A stretch of 64,000 bases of DNA from Eledone cirrhosa. Taxonomy: Eukaryota. A program made the translations under genes and the position numbers. The notes under the pieces were generated by a model, which did not search any database, was not told the DNA's origin, and saw only the letters and a list, made by a program, of their open reading frames with translations. Shown one piece after another: positions 12,509 to 26,550 of this stretch. How positions within the stretch are numbered: position 1 is the stretch's first letter; every line of letters starts with the position of its first letter. The stretch spans positions 324,260,001 through 324,324,000 of the forward strand of contig OZ024742.1 of NCBI GenBank assembly GCA_964016885.1, written 5' to 3'.

Positions 12509-12771
12509 GTCTACCGATCTCTCTCTCTCTCTCTCACTCTCTCTATCTATCTATCTATATATCTAGCTATATATCCATCATTCTGTTCATGGACTCACTG
12601 TCTAAGGTGTAAATGATGTTTGGGTAGAGAAAGTTAGAGAAGAGAAGTGGCATCATTTTTGTAAGGTTGGACATTCTTGACAAGAGGTGATAAGTAATTC
12701 ATTAATGCTTAGCAGGAAGAGGATATGACATACTGTATACATGTATACCCCCCCCCCCACCACACACACAC

Positions 12772-12802
<31 letters not shown>

Positions 12803-13228
12803 CATAGACGGACACAGGCACACACATAAATACACATACAAACACAAACATAGGCAGGCACACACACACACACACATATGTGTATAAGTTAAACTGTGTA
12901 TGTCTTCTTATGTAAAAATATATGTAGTTTTAACTATGTCTGCGAGTACATAGATTTGTCAGTTCACACACACATAAACTCACACAAACACACACACACA
13001 TGCACACACACACATTTATATGAATATATTAAAGGTTGTGAGTGTGTAGGTTTTAGCTTCAAATGAGATACAATACTCGACTTTCAATACTGACTGTACT
13101 CATGTGTGTTTATATATGTATGTGTGTATGTATGTATGTATGTATGTATGTATGTATGTATATGTGTGTGTGTATATATATATGTGTGTATATGTGTGTG
13201 TGTTGGAGTGTGTGTGTATATATATGTA

Positions 13229-13292
<64 letters not shown>

Positions 13293-13880
13293 TACATATT
13301 TAGAATCTTTATGACCATATGTAAATGATATATACACACTCATTAAATTTCAAACGTTTTTCATCAGGATTTCAAAAAATGTCAATTCTCCATTAAGAAA
13401 TTTATTTTGACTTTTCTACCTTTATTTTTTTCACCCTCTCCTTATTTCCACCTTTCTCTTTCTTCTTTTGTTTCTCTTCTTTCTCTCTTCCAATCTCTTC
13501 ATTTTTTCTCCCTTTTCTTTTGTTCGATTATTAAACATTTATTCGTTCTCTCAGGCTGTCACATCTCTCTCTGTCTCCCTCTCAATGTCAAAATCAGAAG
13601 TCCCTCATGCGTAAAGCTATATCTCAGCTATCGTCTGCTTTTGTTTCGTATTTCAATTTAGTCGGTACTTAAGAAAGACATTTAAATAAATGTAACCTTT
13701 GGGAAAATACTTGAAAAAAAAAGTGTATTTTACTTATGTAGTCTTATTAAAATTTTTTATACAATTATTTATTTTCATTAAATTAATAAAATTTATTCAA
13801 GGAGAAATGTTATTTAGGAAAACTAATGCACATATATACAAACGTGCGCACGCACACACACACACACATACAATACACAC

Positions 13881-13974
<94 letters not shown>

Positions 13975-14301
13975 CTATATGTGCGTGCGTTGTGTTTTCA
14001 TTGGTCTTTTCTTCGGTGATATCATCTTCCGGTTACAACTCTTGCCAGAAGCATCAACGTCTACTCATTTGCAGAAGGCGGGATTTGAACTTAGAACACA
14101 GAAAAGCAGTACGAACAACTATCTATATAGCAAATATATAGAACATATATTTATGAATAAAGATGATAAAAATTATATAAATATAAGCAATCATTGGTGT
14201 ATTTGTTGAGTTGAAATCCCACCGATGTCAACTTTGCCTTTCATCCTTCCGTAGTCAATATAATAGAACGTGCACACATATGTACACACGCACACACACA
14301 A

Positions 14302-14335
<34 letters not shown>

Positions 14336-14340
<5 letters not shown>

Positions 14341-14650
14341 TGTAATAAACAACATAAGATAATGAATTCATTTACCAAAGGTTTCACGAAGACAGACGAG
14401 CTTGACACTTAGGTCTGCCTTCAATCGTCAGAAAGAATTTATTAAAATGGAAGAGAGATATCTCTCTTTTATTTTAATAAATTCTTTCTGACGATTGAAG
14501 GCAGACGTAAGTGTCAAACTCGTCTGTCTTCGTGAAACCTTTGGTAAATGAATTAATTATCTTATGTTGTTTATTACATAACTATATATATATAAAAGCT
14601 CTGTAGCCTACATAGAGCACTCTCTTTTCCTACGGAAATACTTCATTTAT
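14336..14650. mobile_element. Fold-back PLE-type terminus with a hammerhead in each arm
   Basis: Inverted arms about 14336-14460 / 14461-14585 centred on GAGAGATATCTCTC; tail homologous to about 26205-26270. Confidence 0.8.
14480..14554 (+). ncRNA. Type I hammerhead ribozyme (mirror copy on the minus strand at about 14365-14439)
   Basis: AATTCTTT-CTGACGA-[TGAAGGCAGACG..CGTCTGTCTTCG stem II]-GAAA-CCTTTGG-TA-AATGAATT. Confidence 0.8.
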
Positions 14651-15053
14651 ATATATATATCAACTAGAAATTGATTGACATATATATATATATCTAAAAT
14701 AAACATATGAAACAATCACAGGGAATAATTTGTAAAAGTGTGTAAGCAAACATAGCTATGTAGGTAACTAATTAAAGTTTAACTAGAACTTTAAAAATAG
14801 ATACCTTATAAATGGATTAATCTCCCTTGTATATATTTCATTAAAGAAATATATTTCACCATCAATCGTTCGGTAAACCATAGTAGCCAAATCCCGGATT
14901 TTCAACAAGTTTATTTTAGATATATATATATATGTCAATCAATTTCTAGTTGACATAAAATGCTCGGATCTATTCATTAGAATCTTGGAGCATATTCTAC
15001 AGTGGATATGGCGCATGTCTCTCTGACATGACACCCTTAATTTAATTTAATTT

Positions 15054-15117
<64 letters not shown>

Positions 15118-15160
15118 ATGATATTAAATAAATGGAAACTATATTTATAAAACCATATTT

Positions 15161-15223
15161 ATTTTATTATATATATTTCAAGGGCAACCAAGACACCATT
15201 GGTGCGCTTTCATCAGATAAAAT
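15161..15223 (-). ncRNA. Type I hammerhead ribozyme
   Basis: ATTTTAT-CTGATGA-[AAGCGCACCAA..TTGGTTGCCCTT]-GAAA-TATATA-TA-ATAAAAT; 7-bp stem I. Confidence 0.8.
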
Positions 15224-15776
15224 AGAGACGTACCCATGAAAATCATACCTTATCGGTTGGAAATTCACTGGATAGTGGAAACATATTAGTGATTATTCAA
15301 ACTTATGTGTGAATATGCAAGTCAATGTGTAAATAATTGAAAAAACAACCGTTTATTTAAATGACACTGGAAAAGATAGGGAAGAAAGAGAGAGAGAAAA
15401 AAGAGAGAGAGAAAAGATATTAATATTACGTGATAGATAGAGAGAAGAGGATGAATAGAACACATGTAACATAAATATGGGGGACAAAATTTTAGGTATA
15501 TATCTACTAATGGTACATATATTTACTATTAATTAGTTGTTAGAATTCTTTTCTAATATAATATTTACTGTTATAAGTAAATGGAAAAATAAATAGATAG
15601 AAAAATAAATAGAAAAAATAAAAGAATAAATCAATAAATAGATAAATAGATAAATAGATAGATAAATGGATAGATGGGTATATTGTGTTATAGATAATTG
15701 TTTTAATGAGTTATGAGGGATATTGGTTTATATTTAATGTAAGTAATTAAGTTAACTGAGTTAATAAGAATATTTA

Positions 15777-15840
<64 letters not shown>

Positions 15841-15841
<1 letters not shown>

Positions 15842-18560
15842 CGGAGGAAATGTGGTAAGGAACCAGGTGGACCATAACGCACCAAAGTACTCAATACTTG
15901 GGGTAGTAGAGTGGGGAATAGGAACGAGTAGGACCCCAACGGCTGAGCTCAAGCCGTTTCGACGGCTAATTCTGGACTAAATGAACATTTTTATCCTGGT
16001 ATTTGAATAGCCGAGCTTCTCAAGGGGTAATTCCATATATGGTAAAAGTGATTGTCACAAGGATTGGTCAAAAGTTTGTTGTTGAGACATAATAATTCTA
16101 TGATGGCAATTTGTGGAGGGAAGGGTAGCTGAACCTGCCAGTAGGAGAAAGAGGGAGAGGGGGTGGAGGAGACCCATTCATGCGTTGATAGTGCCGACTA
16201 CAGCTGGGCATGAGGTCAAAGAAGATACTAGGGAGGGGGAGGGGGAGGGGGAGGAAGTCGAAACAATAAGTAGAACAATATGGCGTAAATATATAGAAAA
16301 TACCGAGAGTGTTAAAAAGCAATTAAATGTAAAAAAAAAACAAAAAAAAAAAACAATTTCTGGTTACTACGACCTAAGTCTCTCACTGGTACTGCTAGGC
16401 TAAAGAAAGGTATACTAGGTGGGACGGAATTATAATGAGACCCTTTTAAGAGGTATAAGTAATAAACTGAGCATATCTTACGGTGACGGGTCAACAAGTG
16501 AGGGGCCAAAATACTAAAGAAACTACCACGAAATAATAAATAAAGGTTTCTACGCCAGGCACAAGGCCAGCAACCACCCAGTGCAAAGAAGTAAACTAAA
16601 ACGAAATAATAATTCAGAGTCCCGAAAAAGAATACTAATACTATCTCTAAGGGTTCCGCCACGATACAAAAGTTCTAGTGCAAGCTACATAAAAGCTCGT
16701 ATGAAGTATATGTAAAATTTGATACGGAAAATTAATTCAGAACCCCCCCCCCCCCCCCAAAAAAAAATACTGATATACGAGGAATTAAAGCAAAGATACC
16801 ACTAAGAAATATAGAAAGCACGGAAAAGGGGCAGCGGTCGGATAAGAGGGCAAGTATCCGGGGTCTAACACATCTGCTATAAAAAGCGGAGTCGGCCAAA
16901 TCTATCATAGAATAGGGGAAGGGGGTGGGGGTACTGAGGCTACAAAGGACTGAGGGGCTGCCTCGGGTGGGCGAGAAAAAGACGACGACAAAGAAAGAGA
17001 ACTGGGGCGGAAGGACTAGGGAGGGATGGGGGAAGAAGGAAATATAGAGGAAGCGATAAAAAGATATAAAAGAAGATCTTACGTCTACCTTTGCAAGCAG
17101 GGGTTACCCATTACAAAATCCGCAAGTGGGGTGTTATAGCCCTAGTCTACCCCCCCGGGTCATTATGGGGTTTGAGGGCGAGGTAAGTCCTACGCAATCT
17201 GTGTTTACATGCAGTAACCAGTTCATCTTTCTTGTTTAGGAGTTGGTCCGTCGAAAACAGCATTTGTAATGTTTCCTTCGAGCATAAATTGCACGGACGG
17301 CGTCCTCCCGTGTAAGAGCTCGCTCTGGACAGTAAGCTCCAAGTTAGATCATAGGTAATGTTGTTATCCTTGAGGTCCCATATGTGGCCCGAAAGTGTAG
17401 TAGCGTGACTCCGGGCCGGGTTTCGGAAGGTATGTCTGTGTTGGTATAGCCGGGTTTTGAAGTCACATGCGGTTAATCCTATATAAGCTTTGTTGGAGGT
17501 GTTCGTCCTCACGTTGCACTGGTAGATCACATTACGATCTCTGCATCTGTTGTCGAGGGGGCAAATGGATCCATCAGGACAGTTGCACCTCCTGGTCGGC
17601 TCTCCACTGCTATTTAGGTTATTTCTTCCATAGGGGTTGAGTTTTTTGTTGTTAGAGGAGACGATGTTTTGTGCAAAGTTTGGTGTAGTGCTGTAGGAGA
17701 GTTTGATAGTATTTTTGTTAATTATGTTGTGGTAGCGGTGTTGTAGTGGGAAGTGTTATTCAATGAGCCTAAAGAAGATTTTCCCGATAGGAGTTGTCAC
17801 CTCGGCGTTGTGGGGAGGATTGAACCATGTTACATTGCGTGAGCGGCGGTGTCGCCTGCTGGTTCCGCTAATGGGAGCTGGACAGTAGGATATTTCCTCC
17901 CGGAAACCATTCCGCTTGAGGGCCTGGTTGTAATAAGGCGCATGTTCCTCGAATATCTGCTCATTAGCTGACAAACGGGATATGCGGAGGGAGATGTTTT
18001 TAACCAGGTTATTGGTGATGTTCCTAGGATGGTTTGAGAGGCGGTGGATGTAGTGCAGGTTGTCGTTAGGTTTCCTGTATGGGTAGTACAGATCATTATC
18101 GAGGTCAAGGGTAACGTCCAGGAAGTTTACTCGGGTCAGGGACGGGTTATTTTAAATCCCCAGTCGCGGAAGAAGTTGATTAATTGTTTACGGACCCGAT
18201 CTGTACTACTGGAGTAGTACCCTTTAAGGATAAGGAGCCCATCATCACGGTACAATCCACCGCCGAATGCAGGAAACATATCGGTGAGTTTGGCTATTAG
18301 GAATAATCCTATAAGATCTGTGACCTCAGCCGAATCCGTCGCGCCCATGCTGACGTCGAAGGGTGAGTCGGGAGCTCTCTTTATCCATTTGGAGTTGTCG
18401 AAGAGTAAGACTGTCTTCCTGGCGTGGAGGATGATGTTTCTTTCCTGGTCGGTGATGGGCACAAGTGCTTCGGCGAAGTCCAAGGCAGCCGTATGTAGCG
18501 GTAAGGTGATTGAAGCATAGTAACTCTCTATGTCAAACTGGATGAATTTAGTGTCTCATA
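15841..18560 (-). mobile_element. Penelope-like element, Naiad-type, 5'-truncated, frameshifted; 1.3-kb 3' UTR/pLTR
   Basis: KFIQFDIESYY..VSMGA..GLYRDDGL..FLDVTLD RT motifs; CNC..CP linker; VIYQC..YIGLT..H..HIWDLK..CNLC..CKH GIY-YIG with CCHH. Confidence 0.9.
15933..16028 (-). ncRNA. Type I hammerhead, U3-A8 core variant
   Basis: ACCCC-TTGAGAA-[..CGGCTA..TAGCCGTC]-GAAA-CGGCTTGAGCTCAGCCG-TT-GGGGT. Confidence 0.7.
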
Positions 18561-18616
18561 ATAACTATTAAATAAACAAAACTGGAGTTTTTTCCGTATC
18601 TTCCCAATTTAAAATA

Positions 18617-18735
<119 letters not shown>

Positions 18736-19309
18736 GGGTCTTTTCTAAAAGCGCTCATATATTCACCTAGATTATGCTAAACAGAATAATTTTTGAAGCT
18801 TGTTTCTTTCCCCTGGTTAGCCATACTCTTGTTGTTCTCCTGTCTCACTCGCTTTACGCGTTTTAATTGTCCTAATAACTTATTTTGGTTATTATTGCAC
18901 CGACGTGAGGTATATGATTTTTAATGCAATGAAATATCTATGATCTTCGGCAAATCACTGATGAGGGACTCATTTTATTACATGTTATCCATGTGCTACC
19001 TGCAGTATTTTTCTCTCTCTCTCTCTATATATATATATTAATTCTTCATTGAGCCACAACGTGACCGGTTGCAAAACATATATATCTATGACTTTATATA
19101 TGTAAATCTTTATATTTAATAATCTCCCGTTAGGTTGAGATACAATTGGGCGATATTGGGCTGCGCTTTCTAGCAACAAGCCTACCCGCCGTAAGCAACT
19201 AATCACATTCTTTCTAACTTGACCACTGCCACGTCACGATTCTTAGCGATTTTTGAATCTATTTTTGGCGCGATCACTTTGGAAAATTAAATGTCTAATT
19301 TTGAGTTCA

Positions 19310-19384
19310 CTCCTGATGAGTCCGATACTCTGGATATATCCTGTTAATTGGATGTCTAAAAATACGGACGAAACCATGGTAGAG
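19310..19384 (+). ncRNA. Type I hammerhead ribozyme in an ORF-less segment (18733-19670) between (TA)n tracts
   Basis: CTC-CTGATGA-GTCCG..CGGAC-GAAA-CCATGG-TA-GAG. Confidence 0.8.
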
Positions 19385-19666
19385 ATATAATTACGGTATG
19401 TACACATTTCTTCTAAGTTTGAATTTACACCTAATTGTGTATGGTTGACGGTATATTTAGTGAGTTTCTACATGCTGTTGAAATGTTGGATAAATACTCT
19501 ATCGGGGCCACCGCGAAGAGGCCGCTTTCGGTTATTTGTCGGAAATTTCTTCATAGGAGCCTTTATTCTTATAGCTTGGTTTAATTGATTTTTTATATGG
19601 TTAATTATGCTAATTGGGAGAGGAAATGGTATATATTTTATCTAATAATTCTAAGGACATGATTTA

Positions 19667-19740
<74 letters not shown>

Positions 19741-19958
19741 TCTTATTAACTCAGTTAACTTAATTACTTACATTAAACATAAACCAATATCCCTCATAAC
19801 TCATTAAAACAATTATCTATAACACGATATACCCATCTATCCATTTATCTATCTATTTATTTATTCATTGATTTATTCTTTTATTTTTCTATTTATTTTT
19901 CTACTTATTTTTCTATCTATCTATTTTTCTATCTATTTATTCTTCTATCTATCTATCT

Positions 19959-22720
19959 CGGATTCTGTCTAACACCTGGAAAACGCGCTGGTGAGTAAAT
20001 GTTTTAATTTCATTGGAAATTGCATGAACTGAATCTACATTCTTACACGATTTTGTAGATAAGCAGCCACCCTACACTTTGTAGGTGGTAGCAACCCCAA
20101 ATAATAAGCCCATCAGGGCGAAAAACGGAGAAATTCCACAAAATTTCTACCGGAATTTTGAATATAGCCAAAATGGCCAAATTCTTTGACCTCATCTTCA
20201 CAAAAAACACATCAGAGAATTGTGGAGATGGGTTGTTAATCTCACCTTCCACAATACTAGTAGCAGGTGAAGGCTGCCTGTCTGCTGCTATCACCAACAA
20301 CAACAACAGTAACAACAACAGCAACAAAAACAACAACATCAAAACTGTCAGCCAACAATTAGACAGATGTGGTGGAGGGACGGTAAAAGTGGCAAGCCAA
20401 CAAGCAGCTCGCACCGCCTCATTGAAACACTTCGATATGTTTAAAACACACCCTGACAACAACACCAGCACCACCAACACGAAAACTGTGAATGGCACAA
20501 ATCAAAACAACGCCATCAACAACAACAGTAACAACGAGAACAAGAAGAACATCAACGACAACAAAACTACAACCAACAACAACAACAACACCAACAACGG
20601 AAAAAACGAAAACAACATCAACAATAAGAACAATAATAACAACAAGACCAATAACTGCAACAAGGAAGGAAACGACAAAATATCATTTGCGCAAACCGTA
20701 AAGAAAACGGTAAGCTTCACTCCGGTAGATATTTCAAATGCAAATGAGCTTTTGAATAACGCCAGACAATATGTAACTTTTGGGGAGAACGGATCATTCT
20801 CCATAAACTCTCCCCCAGATTTGCGAAGAGAAGCTGCCTTGAAAACTGTGATTTTCAGGACAATCTCAAACAAAACACGAAAACCGACTCAACTTTCACA
20901 AGGCGAAATTGAGTTGGCTTTAAAAAATGCCTTAAAAGACATTGCTTTTATTCAGAAGGGTAGACTCTACGGGAGTTTATCCATTCTAATGAAAGACCAA
21001 TTGACGGCACAGAAATATTCTGTGTCGCCAATTGTGTCACCGCTGTTCACTTTTTCCCCACTTACATGGGGGAAAGAACACAGAAAATAAAAATCCAAAG
21101 TATCACACCAAATATTGATATTTGGTGGGTACTATGTGGATTTTTAAACCACAAAACAGACTATATAATATCGGTGGGTAAGTCCTCCGGCGACCTGTTC
21201 AGCGGAACTAGCATGGAAGTTCTGGTCCAAATGACACCAGAACGAATAGCTAGGATCCCGGAACGTGTGTTGCTGGATGGAGTTATATACATAAACATTT
21301 CGGTCGAGGGTAGGCGGCCCTCATGTTACCACTGCTCAAGCAGGGGTCACCTGAGAGCTTCTTGTCCTCGGCTAACTAGCCAAAAAAAAGGCACTACTGC
21401 CAACACCTGCAACACCAGCACAACAATCACCACCACCACCACAATAACAACAACATAAAAAAATAGTGACAACAAAACAAACGACAAACACAGTTCCACC
21501 CAACCCCTCCCCACCTAAAACAACTCCAGAAACACCCACACACATAACAGCTCCCCAAAATATACCCCTCTCCAACAACACGGATGAGGCCTCATCATCG
21601 TCACCCAGTGACGATGAGGGAGAGCCTTTTCGACCAGTAAAAAGAAAAAAGAAAAGACATAACACAAACAAAAATGCAACAAACACACAAACACCAACAC
21701 AAGCGACGCAAACAGCACAAACAAAAACACCCCCTCCTGAAAACAAAACACCTACTACAAAACGTAAACACATACAAGAACCACAGACAAAAAGCAACCC
21801 AACACAACAAAAATGTTACACCTACATAAATACTAGCAATAAAACTTTAACAGACACCATATATAAAAATCCTTCGGTGGAGACGGAAGGGAAAACTTTT
21901 ACACACTCTTCGGAGTATCCTAATCTTAAAATGATTAGGACCTCCATGGACACACATAAACAGTTAAAAGAAAAATTTCATAACGACGTAAGTAACCCCT
22001 GCGTCAAACCCTACAATCGAGTCCTGTTAAAATGTTTCCCCACCCCACCCCACCATACACCCCCTCCCCACCAAACATCTCTGTCCCCACCCCTCCAGAG
22101 ACCACCACCCCATCAAACAACCCTTCCAACACCCCAATGAAAATTATGCAGCCTGGTCCCCAGGAGACGAAGTGGTGAGTGATTTCTTTTCCTCTTCTTT
22201 TAACTTTTCAGCACCAACATGGCCAATATAAGAGTTGGATGTGTGAATGTACGCGGCCTGGAGATGCTCTGGAAACGGCAAACTCTTAAACGACCTCAGG
22301 TCGCACACTATGGATGTAGTAGCCATTTGCGAGTCCAGGATTCGCAGTGAGCGACAACTGGCCCCCATCTTCGACGACTTTGAGATCTACGCATCTCTCT
22401 GTCAGCCGGGAGGTGGGGGTGGGGTTGCCGTTTTGCTGCGGAAACACCTGGACCTCGTAACACAGACGGTACATCTGGACCCGGAGGGTCGACTGGTGGT
22501 CCTAGACGTTGACGGTGGTGAAGGTGGAGCCTTCAGGCTGGTGGCCGCATATGCCACATCCGGGACACCGCGGCCAGACTTCTTCAAACGTCTAGAGACT
22601 TTTCTGGGAACGTCCCGCTCCCTGCTGTTAGTGGGGGACTGGAATGGAATCCTAGATGCACGTTGGGACTATGTGGGAGCATGTCCCGATAGAGGGGGGT
22701 GTAACAGCCTCAAACAGTTA
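19959..22720 (+). mobile_element. Tx1/L1-clade LINE 5' half: 5' UTR, disrupted ORF1 (gag-like, about 20173-22140), ORF2 APE start (about 22218-22720)
   Basis: CYHCSSRGHLRASC zinc knuckle; MANIRVGCVNVRGL..DVVAICES..GGVAVLL..DPEGRLVVLDV..LVGDWNGILD APE motifs; starts directly after TATCTATCTATCT. Confidence 0.85.
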
Positions 22721-22721
22721 A

Positions 22722-23484
22722 TTGTCAGGATGCTCTTGCCGTAAGGCCGAAGCTTGTCCCCTTCAACAGCAATGCAACACACCCGCTGTAATTTATGAAG
22801 CTGTGGTCACTTCCAAACGACCAAATCAACCACAGGAGGCCAAATCCTATGTGGGTATGGCGGAGGGCCGATTTAATGAACGTTTCCTGAACCACCAGTC
22901 GACCTTTAGGTACCCGGACAGACGTTCATCCACGAAACTCGCGAGCCACGTATGGTCCCTCAAGGACTCAAGTATATACCACTCCATTCAATGGAAAGCC
23001 ATCACTAAGTCCAATTATACGCAAGGGGAAATCCATCGTGTGGACTATGTATTGATGAACGAATAAATATTCTAAAGAGATTATGCAATAATGATTGCCT
23101 AAATACGAGAAATGAATTCTTCACACGTTGTCCACGCGTCTCGAAACACCGCTTGCATAAATACAAAGCTCCGGATTGAATTACAACAACATCATAATTT
23201 TCTTATAAACTAGAAACTCTTCGGACTTTCGCAGTTACCTTTCGCAGTTACCTCTCGCACGCATTTTAGTATTGCCTGTGTGAACTGACTGATTTCTGCG
23301 CATGCGCGTTCGTACGGTTGTCCTTCCTGTTCCGTATAACCATGTCCATTACGAGCTGAGGATCCGCAAAGGTGAAACAATTGTTCTCGGTATGGTGAAC
23401 TAACTGTTGTGTAACCACTTCTACCTAACTCGTCTCATGGACTGAGTGCTCTACCACTACGGATATTACCTTCCAGTATTCTAC

Positions 23485-23487
<3 letters not shown>
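22722..23487 (+). mobile_element. Naiad-type PLE 3' fragment (GIY-YIG plus pLTR)
   Basis: GCSCRKAEACPLQQQC..VIYEAVV..YVGMAEGRFNERFLNH..HVWSLK..W..(frameshift) CGLC..LNTRNEFFTRCPR; ends in (TA)n. Confidence 0.85.
23352..23389 (+). ncRNA. Minimal type I hammerhead ribozyme
   Basis: CGAG-CTGAGGA-TCCGCAAAGGT-GAAA-CAATTG-TT-CTCG. Confidence 0.75.
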
Positions 23488-23521
<34 letters not shown>

Positions 23522-23579
23522 TATGTATGTATGTATGTATGTATGTATGTATGTATGTATGTATGTATGTATGTATGTA

Positions 23580-23865
23580 TGTATGTATGTATACGTACAT
23601 ACATATATGTATACAGACGTACAGTAGTATGTATATATATATACATATATGCACGTATCGGTTTACCGAACATTTATTATAATGCTCGGTTATTATAATG
23701 TTCGGTAAACCGATACGTGCATATATATATGTGTGCATGTATGTATATATATATACATACTACTGTACGTCTGTATGCATATATGTATGTACGTATACAT
23801 ACATACCTACATCTAAGTAAGTGCCGTACTAAGAGTGAGAAATGAAATTTCGTTTCATTCTATTC
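23580..23865. repeat. Fold-back element, short copy (same family as 35505-36110)
   Basis: Inverted arms ..CAGACGTACAGTAGTATG..TTTACCGAACATT / AATGTTCGGTAAA..CATACTACTGTACGTCTG and a shared GTACTAAGAGTGAGAAATGA tail. Confidence 0.75.
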
Positions 23866-23868
23866 TAT

Positions 23869-23910
<42 letters not shown>

Positions 23911-24104
23911 AAAGGAATGATAATCTTTTGATAAAACTCTTTACTCTAACATATTTTCGAATATTTCTGCCCTCTACTGTTTTGTGAAAAACTGAGCCCC
24001 TACATATATCAAACACTATACAAATGCGACATTAACCTTGTTTTGAATTATTCTGATAATACTAAGAATTAAACGAATTATATACTCATTTTTTTTTTAT
24101 CAAA

Positions 24105-24308
24105 AGGGCGGATAGGATTGTTAGAATCGGTAGCATAGAGTTATGGCTCTTTACGTTCTGAGTTTAAATCCTGCCGAAGTTAGCTTTGCCTTTCACCCTT
24201 ACGCGGTCGATAAAATAAAGTACCAGTAATACACTTATATCACTTTAATCGACCTTCCCCTCCCCTAAATGTGTTAGTCTTGTGCCTAAAATGAGAAACC
24301 ATTATTAT
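24105..24308 (+). mobile_element. SINE family A
   Basis: Collinear with other family A copies. Confidence 0.75.
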
Positions 24309-25289
24309 ACTTCCGTAATACAATTAAAACTAAGGCAAAAGAAGAAACAAAATTGAGGAAATGAGAAAAGGAAAAACTTTAAATTCTCGGTTGGACAGTA
24401 TTTCTCCTCAGCTACACACCACAGACAAGATATTGAAAGAGTTGCTGCAGAGAATAGCCAAAGATATTTGTTGTATGAACCATTCTACCTCACGGCACTC
24501 TTTTCTCGAATGTGATGCCAACATCCCGATTGGGCAGAGAAGAACTAAAACTGCAGCTGTTCCTTTTATGGAATCAATGAGTCGTTCAACCAAATACTGG
24601 CTTAAATTATTGTATTGGGACTATGCTAGAGCATGGCCTATGAGGGTTCCAAGCCGGTACTTTGTTCCGAGGCTCAAGACTTAAGAAGGCCCAAGACAAC
24701 CATGCAACATCCATTTTGAGAAAATTCTTTGCCTGTTTCCTGCCCCAAAGGGGTCCTGTACCACCTTGCAAAATTTCTCTTGGAGGCCCTGTACTGGAGT
24801 ACCACCTTTATGGGGTTTTATCAATTATATAGATTGCGGTACTTAGTTTAATACATATTTTACCGTTCTTACAATAGATACTACACTTAGACTTGTTCTC
24901 TATTTACCTAAATCAGAAGGATGAACGGAAATTTAATTTCGGCAGGATTTGAACTCAGAACGCATGAAGCTGGAATAAATAACGCAAAGTATTTTGTTGG
25001 ACACCCTAACACTTCAGCCAATTCGCCTGATATTTCAGTACGCCATTTAAATCGTACCAATTTAGGAAAATATAAAGACATGATCTTATTGTTCGACTCT
25101 GCTTTCTTTTTCTGTCATAAATTAGAACTCGGAAAAGTCTTATCTATTTTTTACTCTAAATGTTGATTGTTGATGCACAGTCTTCAACCCTTTCGGGTCC
25201 ATATATTGAATGAAAGATACTGTCTATGATTTTAAAAGAATTTTAAAAATTATATAAAATTTGGCACCCTTCGGTTCACTCCCCTTTGT

Positions 25290-25810
25290 GTTGGTTGTCG
25301 ACGACATTGCCAACTCAGTTCCCTTCAATCGTAGCCTCCTCGGCGTGTTTTTATGCAAGATATCAGAACCAAACTTAGATCGGGAGCTCGAATAAACTCT
25401 GGCCGTTTGTTTTGACGATGGTCTTACTGTCTCACAGTATGTAGGATACCAAAGCCCACCTTACTGTCTCCGTTCCACCTTACTGCCAAACAGCGGCGCG
25501 GGATACAATTCGGTGCCCTCCTCATCAACCGGTATCTTTCTTGCTGATGATGTACCCTTGGTCTCCACATTTGTGAGCCACACAAATGCCTTTGTCGACA
25601 CATGGTCGACGAATTCGGACTACATCCGCTGTCTTGTCGCCACTGCAGGTAGGTTACCTCGACACGTCGCCTTGAGCAATATCATCAAAAGGAGCTAGAG
25701 ACGGTTGGTTTCCCATCACAACAAAAGCCTGCCGGCCTTAACCATGGTGATGGCAAGCAGCCAGACTGGATCACTCTTTTCCTGTTTGACGGAGGGAAAT
25801 CTTTAAACTC
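25290..25810 (+). pseudogene. Decayed CRE-clade non-LTR fragment (zinc finger and RLE region)
   Basis: LGLHICEPHKCLC..DEFGLHPLSC..AGRLPRHVALSNIIKRS..GDGKQPDWITLF..GGKSL across frameshifts. Confidence 0.7.
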
Positions 25811-26091
25811 GCTACTAGTTACATTTGAACAGTCAGATGTCAGTTTACCTGAAAGGAAACAACGCAGTTGTTAACAAGAAAAGCTGAAACTAATGCATGC
25901 ATGATTTCACAGCTCTAGCATCATTCCTTCATAGTCAGCCTATGAACTTTTCAGTCCGCCCTCGTAGAGTAGCTGATATAGTGGGTTTTGCTGGCTGTTC
26001 TCCCCGGCAATACCTTCACTATTTTGAGTACGGAGCGTAGCTGAGATATCTTACTTTGAATGTGTGTAGAGTCAGCTCCCTTCTAATTTTC

Positions 26092-26195
<104 letters not shown>

Positions 26196-26303
26196 TTAGT
26201 GTTAGGTAATTCCGAAGAAAAAGCAAAAAAAAAAAAAAAGAGTGATCTATGTATTGAACAGAGCTATTTAATTAGAATGTGAACAACACAAAATATAACT
26301 ACT

Positions 26304-26367
26304 CCATTACCAAAGGTTTCTGGAAACCAGACAATATTAATATACGTCTGGATCGGTCATCAGACGT
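26304..26367 (-). ncRNA. Type I hammerhead (relative of the 14.5-kb family)
   Basis: CGT-CTGATGA-[..CCAGACG..TGTCTGG..]-GAAA-CCTTTGG-TA-ATG; same stem III and tail as 14.5 kb. Confidence 0.6.
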
Positions 26368-26550
26368 ATAGTAATATACGTTAATTTTCTATCTATCTAT
26401 CTATGTATCTATCTATCTATATATTCATTTTTTATTGCAAACATTACATAAATTGATTGCAATTTATTGAATAAATTGTGTATCTAAGTAGACTAACGTT
26501 TTCGTTATCTAGCTGGTGCTTAGAATATAAATTATATAATGATGGATTAC

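Noticed and set aside
24361-24684. 107-aa ORF as a host exon
   Set aside because: No recognisable domain or splice context; lies among repeats
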